Positions 25,311 through 39,075 are shown, counted from the first letter of the stretch. The stretch is 64,000 nucleotides of DNA from Cycas panzhihuaensis (GCA_023213395.1 CM041465.1:164369741-164433740); one strand, 5' to 3'. The notes: a model not told the origin generated them from the sequence alone. Numbers and translations are program-made.

Positions 25311-27633
25311 CCCTTGCACATTTTTTTCTATTTACAACGACTTTGATTGTATTTTTTCCTTCTTCCTTTTCTTCTGAAGAATTTATGCAAAATTCCAAAT
25401 GATAGCACAAGGTTGGTTGTGTTTCCTCTAAGGCATTGTAAAGTCAATTCAACATATAAGATGATGAAGGGTTGTTTGGCAACATAGGTTGTACTTGAAA
25501 AGTTATTTCGGAACAAGGTCTTACTATGGATTCCATGGTTGTTGTTGTGGATGAAACTCGGCCTTCGTCTTTAATCTTTTCTATCTGCAATCCATTTGAG
25601 CATAGGGGAAAAATCATTGTCTTTTCTCCTGCTAGAAGAGTGAATGTCTCCCCCAATCTTGGATTGCCTTCATAGCCAATAGCCAAGGTCTTCCTAGCAA
25701 GGCTGAATAAGTCTTCCTTTGATCTTGCTTTCGAACTACTACAAAATCTAATAATACAGTAACCTCTGCCACTGTTACTAGAACATTCAACAATGTACCC
25801 ATGGGCCTTACATATAATTGGTTGGCTAATCTAATGGAATAATCTGAGGTAACAACGTTGGGCCTTCCCAAGGCCATCCATGAAGATTCAAGTAATACAT
25901 TCACTCTTGAGCCCCCGTCTACAATAATTTTACATGAAGTTGTTCTACAAACCATCATTGAAACTCTGGGGTCTACTCCTATATCCTTCATAGCTCTGAA
26001 TATTATTTTTTTAATTTGTTCCAGTACTAGTTAATGGAACTACCCCGCTTCCCACCATTTAAATACCACTACTATAGGAATTGATACTCCTAATTCAATA
26101 AGTATATACTTTACAGTTTACAACTATTGCTAAGGATTCATACTTTCTTGTGATTACATCGTTCTCCTTTTATAATGTAGGCCTTTAAATCTCTCTTGTT
26201 GTAGCTCTTCTTGTTGAGCTTGCTCCATGGCATCTTGAAGGATTTTTACTATTTCTTGCAATTGTTGTTTATCCTATATCGGATCTAGAAAATTATCTTG
26301 AGGAGGAGGTCTTGTTGATTTGCTGCTACATGCTTATAAATATGTCGACTTTTCTTAGTATAAGACCACATCTATCAAATTTGCATTCTGAACTTTATTA
26401 TTCTTTAGGCAGGTTGCCCATTCGTGGTCTGTTGGTTCGCATTCTTCATAAATGTATTCTACTTCTTTATTTTCCAATGAACACTCTGATCTGTAATGTC
26501 CCCACTTTTGACATAAAAAACAACAAATTGGTCTTGGTTTTCCTTTGTATTGCTTTGATGTCCCACATTCTATTATTTGTGAATACACATTATGAATTTT
26601 ACCTTCGTTGTTTTTGGCCCTGAAATAACAATCCCATGTATTATGGTTATTTCTTCAACAATTATCGCACTATTTTGTTAATCCTCCGTGCTCATTTTTC
26701 AGGTGCCCTTGCTGATTACAGGGTGGGGGACACTAGATATTCTCCCTTGATTTTTCAAGTCACAACCGTGACAATTCTATGCATAGCTTCTCTAGCTCCT
26801 AATTTTGTTGCATATTGCTAAGAACATAAACTGAAGGTTGCTGCTTTAATGCTTCTACCTCCTTCCTCAAAGCTTCAATTTCTGGGTTAGTGCCCATCTG
26901 CGGTATTTTTTATAGGCTGTATTGCAATGCTTGTTATCAAAAAATATATTGAGGATTGCATTGCCATCTATAAGTATGCTTATTTCATCTAATTTTTAAA
27001 CTTCAATGTTAACTCCCTTACTTGTTTGTAACTTTTCATCAGATGCAACATCACTTTATTGCTAAGTTGTGGTATTAATCCTTGTACAAAATACTTCATT
27101 GCTAATAACATGGGATTAATTGTTGTCGCAAACTACATTTTGTTCATAATGACTCTCATTCTTCCATTGAAATCATTGACAGACTCCCCAAGATATTGTT
27201 AGATCTCTTCCAATGCCTATAAAATGGCTATTAGATTTCTCTATTTTTAAAATTGATTCAAAAATTGCTCTTACAATTGATCCCAATTCAATTATTATGC
27301 TGTTGCATACTAAAACCATGCAATTGCTAGTTATCTCAATGTTGAAAAAAATTGGGCTTTTATTTCTCCCTACTCTATAATTCTTTTAATTTGGATCATA
27401 TTCTTAACTAATGCAAGATGATCGCCTGGATCCATGGTTCCATCGAATTAAAGGCTCGAAAACATTGAATTGTTTTGCACAATAATATATAGGGTTGTAT
27501 TCACTTGATTTCCTCTACCTGATATCCCATTGTGTCATCTTGCAGTTTGTGTATTACTCCTTGTTGTGCCTCCCATGTTGCTACCTAGACTCACCATTGG
27601 TAGCTTGAAAAGGGAATTTATTATATGGCTTAG

Positions 27634-30600
27634 TGTTACATTCCCAATTTCTCTCCTACTTGGTCCAATCATGGCTTGTCTTTTGGCCAACTTCATATTA
27701 GGTTCAGTCTTAGTGAACTCTCTTTTTTGGCCGACTTTCTTTTGAAGATTAAATGTTTTTATATATAGGGGTTGGAGTCCCTATTCCAAATCATCTTGTG
27801 GTTTTGTTCTTTTGGAATAAACCTCACTTTAGCGCTGCAATTAGCTTGTCTATTATGCTGCAATTTCTGGAGGTAACCTTGCCTCGAAAAGGGTTGGCCG
27901 CTTCAAGCACGATATCAGGTGAATCGAGCGTATTCCAAGTAAAGAACTGTTATCCTATTCTACGGATAGATGATTTATTCGATGAAATACATGGAGCATG
28001 ATATTTCTCAAAAATTGACTTACGATCAAGGTATTATCAGATTCGTATTAGAGAGGAAGATATATACAAAACAACTTTTCATATGTCTGAGGGACTATTT
28101 GAGTTTAAAGTCATGCCGTTTGAGTTGACGAATACCCCAACAACTTTTCAAAGCACTATGAACTCAATTCTCAAATCACTTTTATAAAAATTTGTGCTAG
28201 TCTTCTTCAACGACATTCTGATATATAGTAAAACATGGGAAGAGCATCTAGACCATATCAAAGCAGTACTACAAATCCTGCAGTCCAATCAATTCTATGC
28301 AAATCAAAAGAAATGCACGTTCAGAAAAGAAGAGCCAGAATATTTAGGCCATGTTATCATAAAGGAAGGGATAAAAATAGATTCGAAAAAGATTCAGGTC
28401 ATTATTAATTGGCCAGTGCTGAAAAATGTGACAGGAGTAAGGAGTTTCCTAAGAGTAATAGGATTTCTTCGAAAGTTTATAAAGGGATATACTCACACTG
28501 CATCCCCATTAATGGACCTTATAAAAAAGGATGTTTTTGCATAGAATCCACAAGTAGAACGTGCCTTCAAAGAACTCAAGAAAGCAATGGTCACAATTCC
28601 AGTTCTAGCAATACTAAAATTTTCACAACCGTTCATTTTGGAATGTGACGCTTCAGGATTCAGAATAGGGGCAGTATTAATTCAAAATGAACAACCTATT
28701 GCTTATGAAAGTAGGAAATTAAATAATAAGGAGAAGCTCAAACCTATTTATGACAAAGAAATGTTGGCAATCATGCATGCCATACACCAATGGTGGCAGT
28801 ACTTACTAGGGAATAAGTTTATAATTCGGATAGATCACGATAGCCTCAAATATTTCTTAAATCAAAAGACACTATTAGACAAACAATAGAAATGGGTCAG
28901 CAAGCTTCAAACATTTGATTTCAATATAATATATAAGAAGGGTAAAAAAAATGTCATTGCAGATGCCCTCTCAAGACTACCTAGGGACAACAATGAAGAA
29001 GTTTAATTGAAAGCAATATCAATAGCCACACCTAGCTAGACCCAAGAGTTGATCAAGAAATATAAAAGCGATCCACTTTCACAGAAGATATTAGAAGGAA
29101 TTAAGGATTAGAAGCCTTCCAAGTTCAAATTATAAGGAGAATTAATTCTAAGAAAGGGGAAGATATTTATCCCGGCGGGTTCTGAAGTAAAGAATACCAT
29201 ATTATAAGAAGCTCACTCAATGCCAATAGTAGGACATATGGGAATAGATAAAACATACCGAAAGATACAAAATTCTTTTTATTTGAAGGGAATAAAAGCA
29301 GACGTCCTCAACTATGTCTCTGAATGCGATTTGTGCTAATGAAACAAGAATGAATGTGTAAAGAGTCTAGTATTACTTCAACAATTACCTATTCCACATC
29401 AAAAATGGGAAGAAATCTCAATGGACTTTATCACGGGACTCCCATGGTTTGAAGGGAAAGATTTTATATTTGTAGTTGTAGACAGGTTAACCAAATACAC
29501 GCATTTTAGGGGCACACAATCAATGACAAAAGCAAGTCAAATAGCAACAGAGATATACATGAAAGAGATACATCGTTTGCATGGGCTTCACAAAATTATA
29601 ATTAGTGATCAGGATCCAAAATTCACAATCCATTTTTGGCAAGATCTGTTCTAATTAGCGGGAACAAAATTAAATATGAGTACAGCCTACCACCCGCAAT
29701 CAGATGGATAGACATAAGCAGTCAACAAGTGCCTAGAAGGATATTTATGAAACTTTTCTTCTAATAAGCAAACTCAATGACATTGATAGCTCCATTTCGT
29801 TGAATGGTGGTATAATACCACTTACCACTTAGCAAAAAAGATGACACATTTCCAAGTATTATATGGGTATGAGTCACCATCTATACTCTCATGGACGAAA
29901 GTATCGCAGGTATAAGCAGTACTTAAACAATAAGAACAGATGGAGCAAATAGTGAGAATTTTAAAAGACAATTTAAATACATCACTGAACAGAATGAAAC
30001 AACAAGATGATACCAAAAGATCTGAAAGGAGGTTCATAGTTGGAGGGTCTTTCTAAGACTCCAACCTTATAAGCAATCGTCAGTGAAATAATAAATAGAC
30101 AAAAATTGACACCACGATTCTTTAGACCTTATCAAATTACTGGGAAAATTGGGGAAGTAGCCTACCAACTAGCATTACCACCAAGAAGCAAGATCCATAA
30201 TGTTTTTCATCTACTTTATCTTAAGAAGAACGCAGGGGAAAAGTTAACCCCTCAAACAATAGTCCTTGAGCTAGAAGAAGAAGGAAAGATTATCTTTGAA
30301 CCACAGGGGATTTCATAAATAAGAACAAAAGAATTACGATCCAAGAAGGTCAAAAAATACCTCATTAAATGGAAGACTTCAGATTTAGACGATGTTACGT
30401 GAGAATTTGAAGAATGGATGCAACAACATCCAAATCTACCCATGCTTTGAGGTCAAAGCATATTTTAGAAGGGAGGGACTTGTTACATACCCAATTTCTC
30501 TCCTACTTGGTCCAGTCATGGCCTATCTTCTGGCCGGCTTCATATTAGGTTTAATCTTAGTGAATAGTCTCTTTTCTAGCCAGCTTTTTTTTGAATATTA

Positions 30601-30944
30601 AATGTCTCTATATATAGGGGTTGGAGTCCGTATTCCAAATCATCTTGTGTAGTACTTCTTCTCTTGGCATTAACTCAGCTTTAAGGCTACAATTAGCTCA
30701 CCCATTGGGCTGCAGTTTCTGGAGGTAACCTCATCTCGAAGAGGGTTAACCACCTCAAGCACGATATCGGGAGAATCAAGCATATTCCGAGCAGTATTGG
30801 CTAGCCCTGTGGATTGCATTCCTTATCCATTTTGATTGGTGTATTTACTATTTTTGTACTTTTGTTATTATTAGTAAATTTTTAACAGACTTTTTTCTAG
30901 ACATTTTGGGATTCCGCAAGTGATAGAAGAAAGTGTTCGCTTCA
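27634..30944 (+). mobile_element. Gypsy-4: chromovirus inserted in Gypsy-3 gag; deletion joins its 5' LTR directly to RT
   Basis: Partial 5' LTR 27634-~27938 matches 3' LTR 30481-30944. TSD CTTAG/CTTGG. RT (KNCYPILRIDDLFDE), RH (ILECDASGFRIGAVL), INT (MDFITGLP), chromodomain (YLIKWKTSDLDDVT). PPT agaagggaggga. Confidence 0.88.
30481..30944 (+). repeat. 3' LTR of Gypsy-4
   Basis: TGTTACA...GCTTCA, followed by TSD-like CTTGG. Confidence 0.75.
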
Positions 30945-31204
30945 CTTGGAGTTCAAATTTCCAACAAATAATGATTCTAAGCTTGTTTCACTACACTATA
31001 TATTCCTAAATCAATGGAATTTTCTTTTGACGTTAATGTCTCTTCTTTCTGTAGATTCTCTTCTTCTGCAGAGTCTTATTGACTATTTCCTTCAACACAC
31101 GTTGCTTGTACTTCTTTTACAAGATCCCATTCTAATGCACACTTCTGATCATTTTCTTCTTTTGTCTGTGTCTCAATTATGCCTAGATTTTACTCATTCA
31201 CTTC

Positions 31205-34200
31205 TATAAAAAGATTATCACCTGTGTCTTTATTGATCATTTGCAAATGTGAAAATACAATTCAAATTATACGGGACAAATGGCAACCAGTTAATGAGAT
31301 TGTGCCACTTGTCATTCTCGAGGAGAAAGGGGGTAATGATACATGACCCTTACAAGAAACTTCAGCCAACCTAGATAAAACATTACTCTAGACAAAACAT
31401 TGCCTTTTACACCCCCTATTAATGTTTTATCTATTTTAATCTTAAATGATTTATAAAACCAATAAAATTTTCCCTACTAAGAGGTTTGGTGAGGACATTA
31501 GCATTTTGATTTCCTGACAATGCAATATAGGAGCTCAACTTCTTTGTTCTATACTTTTTCCTTGATGAAATGGTGATGTGCTTCTATATGCTTGGTTCTT
31601 GCATGCATCATTAGATTCTTGATCATTTTGACTGTACTTTGATTATCACAGAATAACTGAAGTACTGTTTGTTCTTGTCCAAGGTCTTTAAGAAGTTGTC
31701 TGATCCAAATTCCTTCACATGCCGCATTGACTGCTGACTTATACTCGGCCTCTGTTGAAGACAAAGCAACTGTGTGTTACTTTTTGCTGGTCCAGAAAAT
31801 TAAGGACATTCCTAGAAAGAAGCGATATCCTGATGTTGATTTTCTGTCTATTCTATCTTCAGCTCAGTCAGAATTACAAAAATCTATTAGCTGCATATTG
31901 TTATCTTTTATGTATTATAATCCAAGATTTATGGTTCCTTTTAGATATCGCAAGACTATTTTTGCAACGTTCCAGTGAGGTATTTTAGGATTTTCTATAA
32001 ATATGGAAACTACACTGATTGCATAGGAAATGTCTGGTCGTATAGTTGTGAGATAAATTAGACTTCCAATCAGTTATCTGTACAGAGTTGCATCAACTGA
32101 ATATGCCTCTTGTTCAGTGTTTAATACACATCCAATTTCTATTAGAGTGGTGACATTGTTGTAACTGTCCATATTAAACTTGTTCAACAAGGTTTTAACA
32201 TATTTTGATTAAGATAGAACAACAGAATCATTGTTTTGTTTAATTTCAATTCCGAGATAATAGTGCAGCATTCCAAAATCTGTCATTTCAAATAACTTTT
32301 CAAATCGCTTCTTGATGAATGCGATCAAGTCTTCGTCATCCCCTGTGATTAGTATGTCATCCACATATACTACTATGATGGATGTTAATCCTTGATTAAA
32401 TTTCACATACAAGTTATGATCTGACTTACACTTATGGAAGCTATTTTGAGTTAGATATGCATCCAGGCATACTAGGCTCTTGGTGCTTGTTTGAACCTAT
32501 ACAAAGCCCTTTTTAGTTTGTAGACCATAGTTTCTTGTCTTGACTTTATATATCTTTCAGGGTGATACATATATACTTCTTCTTGTAGATCTCCATTCAG
32601 GAAGGCACTCTTAACATCCATCTGATAAATCTTCCATCCTTTCTGAGCTGCAATTGCAATTACCATTCTCACAATATTCAACTTGGCTACTGGTGAGAAC
32701 GTTTCTTCACAATCGACTCCAACTGTTTGTGTGTAGCCTTTTGCTACCAATCTTGCCTTGTATTTCTCAATTTCATCGTTTGTTTTTTCTTTCGCTTTAT
32801 ATACCCATTTGTAGTTTACAATAGGTTTATCCTTAGGCGGTGTTACTGGATCCCATGTTTCATTTTTATAAATGGCCTTCATTTCTGCATCCATTGTTGT
32901 TCTCCAAGCTGAAAAGTTGATTGCTTCTTTGTAAGTATTTTGTTCAATAGTACAGATTAGAGCTTGTGGTTTCTGAGACCTTATTCGATGCTCAAACACT
33001 CCCCCCTTTGTTTCTTCAAGAATTTTGAGATACCACTTTGGTACTCTTTTGAAGATTTGTTCCTATGGTTGTCTTATTTCTTTACCTTCTGAATGAATGT
33101 TTGAACCACTGGCTTGTTGAGTATTAAATGGATGAATACTGGAACCACTTGTTTGTTGCGTATCAGATGATTTCTCATATGAATTATCATTTTCTGTTAC
33201 AACACTATCAGATGTGATGTCTGATTTATCTTCTGGCTAACTTCTCTCTGGGCTTTGATCATCGACATTTATTTCTTGACGAATGGCTTTTGTGAGTCTT
33301 TTCCTTTCATCGAATGTTACATCTCTGCTTACATAAAGTTTATTTGTCTTTGGATCAAGGCAATAGTATGCCTTTGAACGATTGTTATACCCAACCATTA
33401 TACATTTTATGCTTTTGTTATCTAACTTGGTTCTTTTCTTATCGGCAATGTATACATATGCTTTGCAACCAAAAATCTTAAGATGGCCTACATTCGGTTT
33501 GTGACCTGTCCATGTCTCTTTTGGTGTTACCTCCTCCAGTGATTGAGTTGGACTCATGTTGATCAGATATACAACTATGTTTATAGCCTCTACCCAGTAT
33601 TTCTTTGTAACTTCACTATCATTGAACATACATTGAACCATTTCTACAACTATTCTATTTATTCTTTCTGTTTTCTCGTTTGATTGAGGTGTATACGAAG
33701 TTGTGACTTGTCTGTAGATTCCATGTATTTTATAGAAATGAATAAATTCATTGGATACAAACTCACTTCCTCCATCTGAGCAAATACATTTTATTTTCTT
33801 GTTACTTTCTAGTCCTGCTTCAACTTTGAATTCTTTTAAATAATTGAAAGTCTTAGATTTGCCGGACAAAAAATACACCCGTGTTCTTCTAGAGAAGTCA
33901 TCAATGAAAGTTAAAAAATACCTTACTCCATTTGTTGAAACTGGTGTGAACAGACCACAGAGATTAGTATGAATTAAATTCAACATATCTCGTGCGTTCC
34001 ATGTGCTTTTTGAAAATTGAATCCTGTGTTGTTTCTCTATCATACAACTTTTACATATAAATGAGTTAAATGAAATATCAGGCAATCTATTTACCATCTT
34101 TGTTCTTTTTAGTTTTTTTAATCTATCATGGGAAATATGACCATACTTTAAATACCACATTCCATTCACCATCTTTGTTCTTTTTAGTTTTTTTAATCTA

Positions 34201-36560
34201 TCATGGGAAATATGACCATACTTCAAATGCCATATTTCATTATTATCATTACTGATCGCAGCAAATAAATTTACATTATAAGGAGATTTTGTGGGTCCTT
34301 TATCAGGTAGTATAGGAGTGGAGAGAAGCTTATAAAGCCTATTACATTTTTTTCTCTTCGCTATTACAACACCATTCTTTTTCATGTCTAGAATGTAACA
34401 AAGGTTGTTCTCATCAAATACTGTCCTCAGTTTCTTATCACTCAACTGGGACACTAACAGAAGTTGTTTTTTCAATATTAGTACAAAGAATACATTGTCT
34501 ATTCGTTGAATATTTCTATCAATTTCTATGGCAATTTGTTCTATTCCCTTTATATGCAAAGGAAAATTGTCCTCTAATTCCATAGATTTGTTAAGATCAT
34601 ATGGTTTGATGATTTCAAACCATTCTTCAATTCTTATCATGTGATGTGAGATTCCTAAAGCAACATACCAATTTTCTGAAGCGTTAGCGCTTGCTGCTAA
34701 TGCTGCTATGAAGGCTGTTTCAACTTCTTCTTCTGCAGTATCTCATTCTCTGCTGTAATTTTTGGTCACTTGCTTCCCTTTTTAAATTTCGACCCTTCTT
34801 TGGTGATAATGGTACAAAAAGTGACTTGTTTGTCCACAATGGTAGCAAACGTCGAAGGCTCTGTAGCTGCTCAAAAAATGGCCAGGTTTACCACAATTGA
34901 AGCAAATTCTTGCATCACATGATGGATTAAGGATCATCCTTCCTCATCCCCTTCCTTCATTCCAACGACCTCTGTAGCCTGTTGTTGTTCTTCCTTGCGT
35001 TTTGAGATTATATTGTCCTCTTCCTCGACCTCCCAAGTGAAGTTTAGTCACAAGTGCTTCTTCAATCTCTGAGTCTTCTTCATATCTCTGATTCCTTTGC
35101 TCTTGATCGAGCATATGACCTGTAAGAACATCAAAGGTTATCGTAGTAGTTTACCCTCCTCCTATTAGCGTGTTTATCTATTATCAAACGACTTTGGTAA
35201 TTTGCTGAGCACAAGATGTATTAATTCAGTGTCAGTTATTTTATCTCTGGCTATGATGAAAGCAATTTTAATATTAGTCAATTTGGCTATGAAGTTTGAT
35301 ACAGTTTGACCTTCTTTCATCTTGAGCTTATAGAGTTCTTCTCTTAGGGCAATAATTCTGGCTTCATTTTTCTGACTAAACATAGAAGAAATTGTTTTCC
35401 ATATTTCATAAGCACTTTCAACACCATCCACATAGACTAGCAAAAAATCAGAGATTAAAACTGAGTACAGAAAGAGCAATGTTGTTCCTTTCCTCCCAAT
35501 TTAGTAAATCAACTATATCAGAGGGTTGTTTTTCATCACCAGTGGTGATTTTCCAGGCATGCTTGGCTCTTAAGAGACCTTCTATCTTGATTTTCCAAAT
35601 ACTAAAATTTATTTCAGTTAATTTGTCATTCTTACGCAAGGACTCAGCAGAGGAGGCCATGATTAATCACATAATTTGATTTCTGATAGGGTTGTACAGC
35701 TGTACGGATGGCTATACGGATTTCCGTACAGAACTCGAAGTGTACAGATGGGGAAAAACAAGATGCCAATTAATAGATCTCGAAAATGGGTGTCTGGATC
35801 TGATGTTGTTTTTCCAAAACTCTCTCAGGTCTGAGAAAAACAACGCCGTCAATGTGCAAATCCACACCCCTAGGTTTTTAGAGAAAATGATAAAAAAACC
35901 CTCAAAACTGAAAAGAAACTCAACAAAATATGATTCAATCTCTTTGATTTACAGTGAGAGAGAGTTTAGGTATTTAATACCCAGGATTCAAGTCAGATTT
36001 TTGAGAAAATTTGAAGAGGAAGGCCTCCAAACCGGCGTGCCTATAGAACTAGCCAAAGTCCTTTGAAACAACTTCAAATGACATCGGTCTTGAAGACAAA
36101 AATATCAAAGGGACTTCAATCTATAATCTTGGTAAGTTTCTGAGATTCTAACAACTTTGATTTTTCAACGTCCGTACAATTCCATACTTTGTTCGTACTT
36201 GGCTCCGTACACAGATCACGAACCTTTGTCTGAGACTTGGCTTGATGAATATCTTAATTCTTCTTTAACTTGCTTGACCCAATGCTCCTCTTTGGTTACC
36301 AAGGACCTAATTCTCTCACAGGCAGGGGAATTCAACAGCCTGCTCTGATACCATGTAAAATGATTCTCTCCTATGTCTTTATTGATCATTTGTAAATGTA
36401 TAAATACAATTCAAAGTGTACGGGACAAATGGCAACCGCTTAATGAGATTGTGTCACTTGTCATTGTGAAGGAGAAAGGGGGTAATGATACATGACCCTT
36501 CTAAGAAACTTTAGATAACCTAGTTAAAACATTACTCTAGACAAAACATTACCTTTTACA
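31205..36560 (-). mobile_element. Copia-3: full-length Ty1/copia, moderately decayed
   Basis: LTRs 36354-36560 (5') and 31205-31411 (3'). Perfect TSD ACTTC. PBS tggtatcagagc at 36342-36353. PPT at 31412. gag starts MASSAESL at 35660. Confidence 0.93.
31430..35660 (-). pseudogene. Copia-3 gag-pol (disrupted)
   Basis: ORFs 35448-35660 and 35174-35479 (gag), 33237-34640 (PR tail/INT), 32472-32999 and 32209-32412 (RT, VYVDDILI), 31549-31764 (RH). Confidence 0.9.
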
Positions 36561-36810
36561 ACTTCATCCTTATTTCTCGACTTTCTCCTCTCCGTCAAGT
36601 GTGTAGGTGGCCGCTTTTTCACCTGCTTTCTTAGTGTGACTACAAATATGGGTCTATGTATTATGATTTGAATTATTTCTCTTTTCCAACGTTCTCCTTA
36701 ATCGCGGTGCAATTCAGCTTCTACTCTGGGTGGCATAGAAGAGGACCCAAAATTTTCACTTGGTCCCACCTATCGTCATCATCCCTGGTTCAAATCGGTA
36801 ACGGAACTAA

Positions 36811-37183
36811 TATGTGTTTCTACCTATTGACACACATAAGTAGGCACAAGAGCAACAATATTGCAAGGTCATTCAATCAAGCATTTTGAATATATGATTC
36901 TATGAGGCAAAAACTATAATCATTTCATTATGATGGGTTGCTCTGGTCCTCTCACAACTAGAGACAACCCGGAACAGTACACACAGTCATTGGAACAATT
37001 TACAGCAAGTACAATTATGCAGGCAAACTATGTTTTGTACAAAAGTAGTAATTAATCTCACCTCCTGAATGCCCTTTTACATTTAGGCTTTATTTTTTGT
37101 AACTGCAGCTCGAGTTGGTTGCAACCGCTCCTTTGTTAATTCAATTATATTAATCTGGTTGCAACTAATTCGACTTGCACACA
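36811..37183 (-). repeat. 5' LTR of Gypsy-3
   Basis: Direct repeat of 17222-17579; adjacent tRNA-Glu-like PBS at 36796-36809. Confidence 0.88.
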
Positions 37184-38611
37184 AGGGGTTACAACTCTAA
37201 TCTCACATTTGTCAAATTAGATAGGAATGTTACTCTTGTAATTATTATGTAAGATAGATATAGGTCTGTTGTAATTGACAAAAGGTAGAAGAGTGAAATA
37301 AGGATCATTAAATTAATGTAATGTGTAATCATTATTAAGTAGAGATTTATCAAAAATTTTAGAGGTAATTTCTAAGGTTTTGATAGCTAATCCTATCAAT
37401 TAATGTTCTCATTGCATGCATTATTGCAAAAACAAAGTTGTACTGCAATAATCAAATTACACTAAAGATAACCAAGAATCTTGTGTTTTATTTTGGCATC
37501 AAATACATTGAGGTACATCATCACTTTATTGGGAAACAAGTTCAAAATGGAGAAATTGAGTTTATCTACAAACCTATAGATGAACAACTAACAAACATTT
37601 TCACCAAACCGTTAACATGCAACAATTCAGGGAAGGTATTTGTATAAAAATAAATGAAATAAACATCAACTCTAACACTTCAATGTATGACAAGAGAAGA
37701 GATGCAATAACTCTTGCTGAATTGCATTTTCACTGTGCTACAAAACAGGATAGAAGTACTCAAATTTGCTATTGGTTGCGAACAACTGCAGTTGATGGTG
37801 ACAATTCATCCTTTTATGACCAATGCTGACTAGTTGTTTGCCATTCAATGTTATTACAATGGAAAATATACTAATAGAATTGATCATGATTAATTACCCC
37901 AAAGCTAGTGATTGCTCTGCTCCATGTTAGGCTCTATATATTTGGCACTGATGTTGTTTTGTTCACTGTACAAAACCAATGTGTGGGCCACAACGGAATA
38001 CCATGTAAGGCATCAACTGACTCAATCAACTAAAAAACTAATTGCTAAAGACCAAAAACTGATCTCTATATCAACAGTCAAATGGGTTGTCTTGGCCAAA
38101 ACTGACTACTGCACACTATCTGCAGACTTAACTTATCCAAAACTGATTGGTTATTACTCAAAAAATAGGCATAGTTTTTGCCCCCTACAGAGAAGTGTGC
38201 TCAATAAACTATTGGAGTACTATACCTTAATACTCTAAGCACATAGAAGACTAATAGAATCTTTAATCCCCATTATGCATAGCTAATACAATATTAGAAG
38301 TCATCATAAAATTGTGTTTGTTGCAGCTATCAAAGATATTGCTCCATTCCATAAAATTGGTTTCACAGCAACTGTCATACAACTGTTTTAGATGGCAATA
38401 AATTACACAAACTGAATGCAGTGATATGTGCTTACTACATTATCTTTTGCTTATGAAAACAAAAAATGATTTAATATTTTTTCCCTGTGGCTAATCTCAC
38501 ATAAACTTAAAAGTTGGAACAGATTATAACATAGCTTAAAGACCATTCTCTCTACTCTGCTTTGAAAATTATTTACTGACTGGTTAAGGTTAAAGCTAGT
38601 TTCATTCAACC

Positions 38612-38803
38612 TTACAACCTTGCTCTTGATAATTCTAGCTTTGCTATTGTACCAAGATGAACCTCATCAGGGCCATCTGCTATTCGCAAGGACCGGGCAG
38701 AAGCCCAGAGATGGGCAAGTGCAAAGTCAGAGCTGACACCCCCAGCACCATGCACTTGAATTGCCGTGTCTAGTACTTTCAATGCCATGTTTGGAGCTGC
38801 AAC
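38612..38803 (-). CDS. IBR3: Last exon of peroxisomal acyl-CoA dehydrogenase (IBR3/ACAD10-11 family)
   Basis: AG|[63 protein letters not shown]. Acyl-CoA DH C-terminal motifs QVHGAGG and [10 protein letters not shown]; PTS1-type ARL; intact frame. Confidence 0.93.
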   Translation of the reverse strand, partial: VAAPNMALKVLDTAIQVHGAGGVSSDFALAHLWASARSLRIADGPDEVHLGTIAKLELSRARL

Positions 38804-38970
38804 CTGGTTATACCAAGAAAAAAGGACCCTTTTTTACTCCAAAACCAGACTAGCTCCTAATCATAAGAAGGGCAAAGCACATGAGATAACAGGACTGTCA
38901 TAAGTACCCTTTGAATTAAAAAAAGGTGAGATTCTTCATTCATGCATCAGCAGGTTAGCCAGATATTTAC

Positions 38971-39075
38971 CTTTGCCATTGCAATCGCTCCTCTTGCAAT
39001 TCTATTGCCATACAGGTCCAATTGATTTGCAGCTTCCAGTACCAGAAGTCTTGCCTTCTCTATTTCCAAACGGCA
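38971..39075 (-). CDS. IBR3: Penultimate exon of the same acyl-CoA dehydrogenase
   Basis: AG|CRLEIEKARLLVLEAANQLDLYGNRIARGAIAMAK|GTAAAT; 105 nt, phase 0; 167-nt GT-AG intron to the last exon. Confidence 0.92.

Larger units (their letters stand above)
17222..37183 (-). mobile_element. Gypsy-3: Athila-like non-chromoviral Ty3/gypsy with extra Pol domains, 3' tandem arrays and 3' accessory ORF
   Basis: LTRs 36811-37183 (5') and 17222-17579 (3'). TSD GGGGG/AGGGG. PBS TAGTTCCGTTACCG resembles the tRNA-Glu complement TGGTTCCGTTGCCG. PPT ggtgggagaga. Domains: gag ~26350-27630 plus 30950-31199, protease IIVDGGSRVNVL 25632-25991, RT ~23750-24620, RH ~23000-23390, INT ~21715-22900. No chromodomain and no additional RNase H seen. 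Confidence 0.9.
10555..37431 (+). mobile_element. Copia-2: decayed Ty1/copia with ~2.1-kb 5' leader; 3' LTR split by Gypsy-3
   Basis: 5' LTR 10555-10907. PBS tggtatcaaag at 10912. gag from ~13017; pol to ~17095 (LIHSDICESM, LYVDDLLI, FTDFDWVECVDNRRSTS). PPT aagggggag. 3' LTR 17108-17221 plus 37189-37431. TSD ACAAA at 10550-10554 and 37432-37436. Confidence 0.9.
1663..37670 (+). mobile_element. Copia-1: decayed Ty1/copia in three pieces (1663-3253 gag/PR/INT; 9189-10554 INT tail/RT/RH; 37437-~37670 RH end); no 3' LTR seen
   Basis: Motifs CEACIIHKQH, HFDTCGSM, ITFIDKFSRK, MLYVDDLVI, YCNNQ...KYIEVHHHFI. The reading EDVT|KLYCNNQ rejoins across the Copia-2 insertion. Many stops, frameshifts and internal deletions. 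Confidence 0.85.

Noticed and set aside
37670-38600. Possible extra gene or MITE between Copia-1 and the IBR3 stop (108-aa ORF 37912-38238)
   Set aside because: No recognisable domain, TIR or TSD; probably 3' UTR and intergenic DNA.
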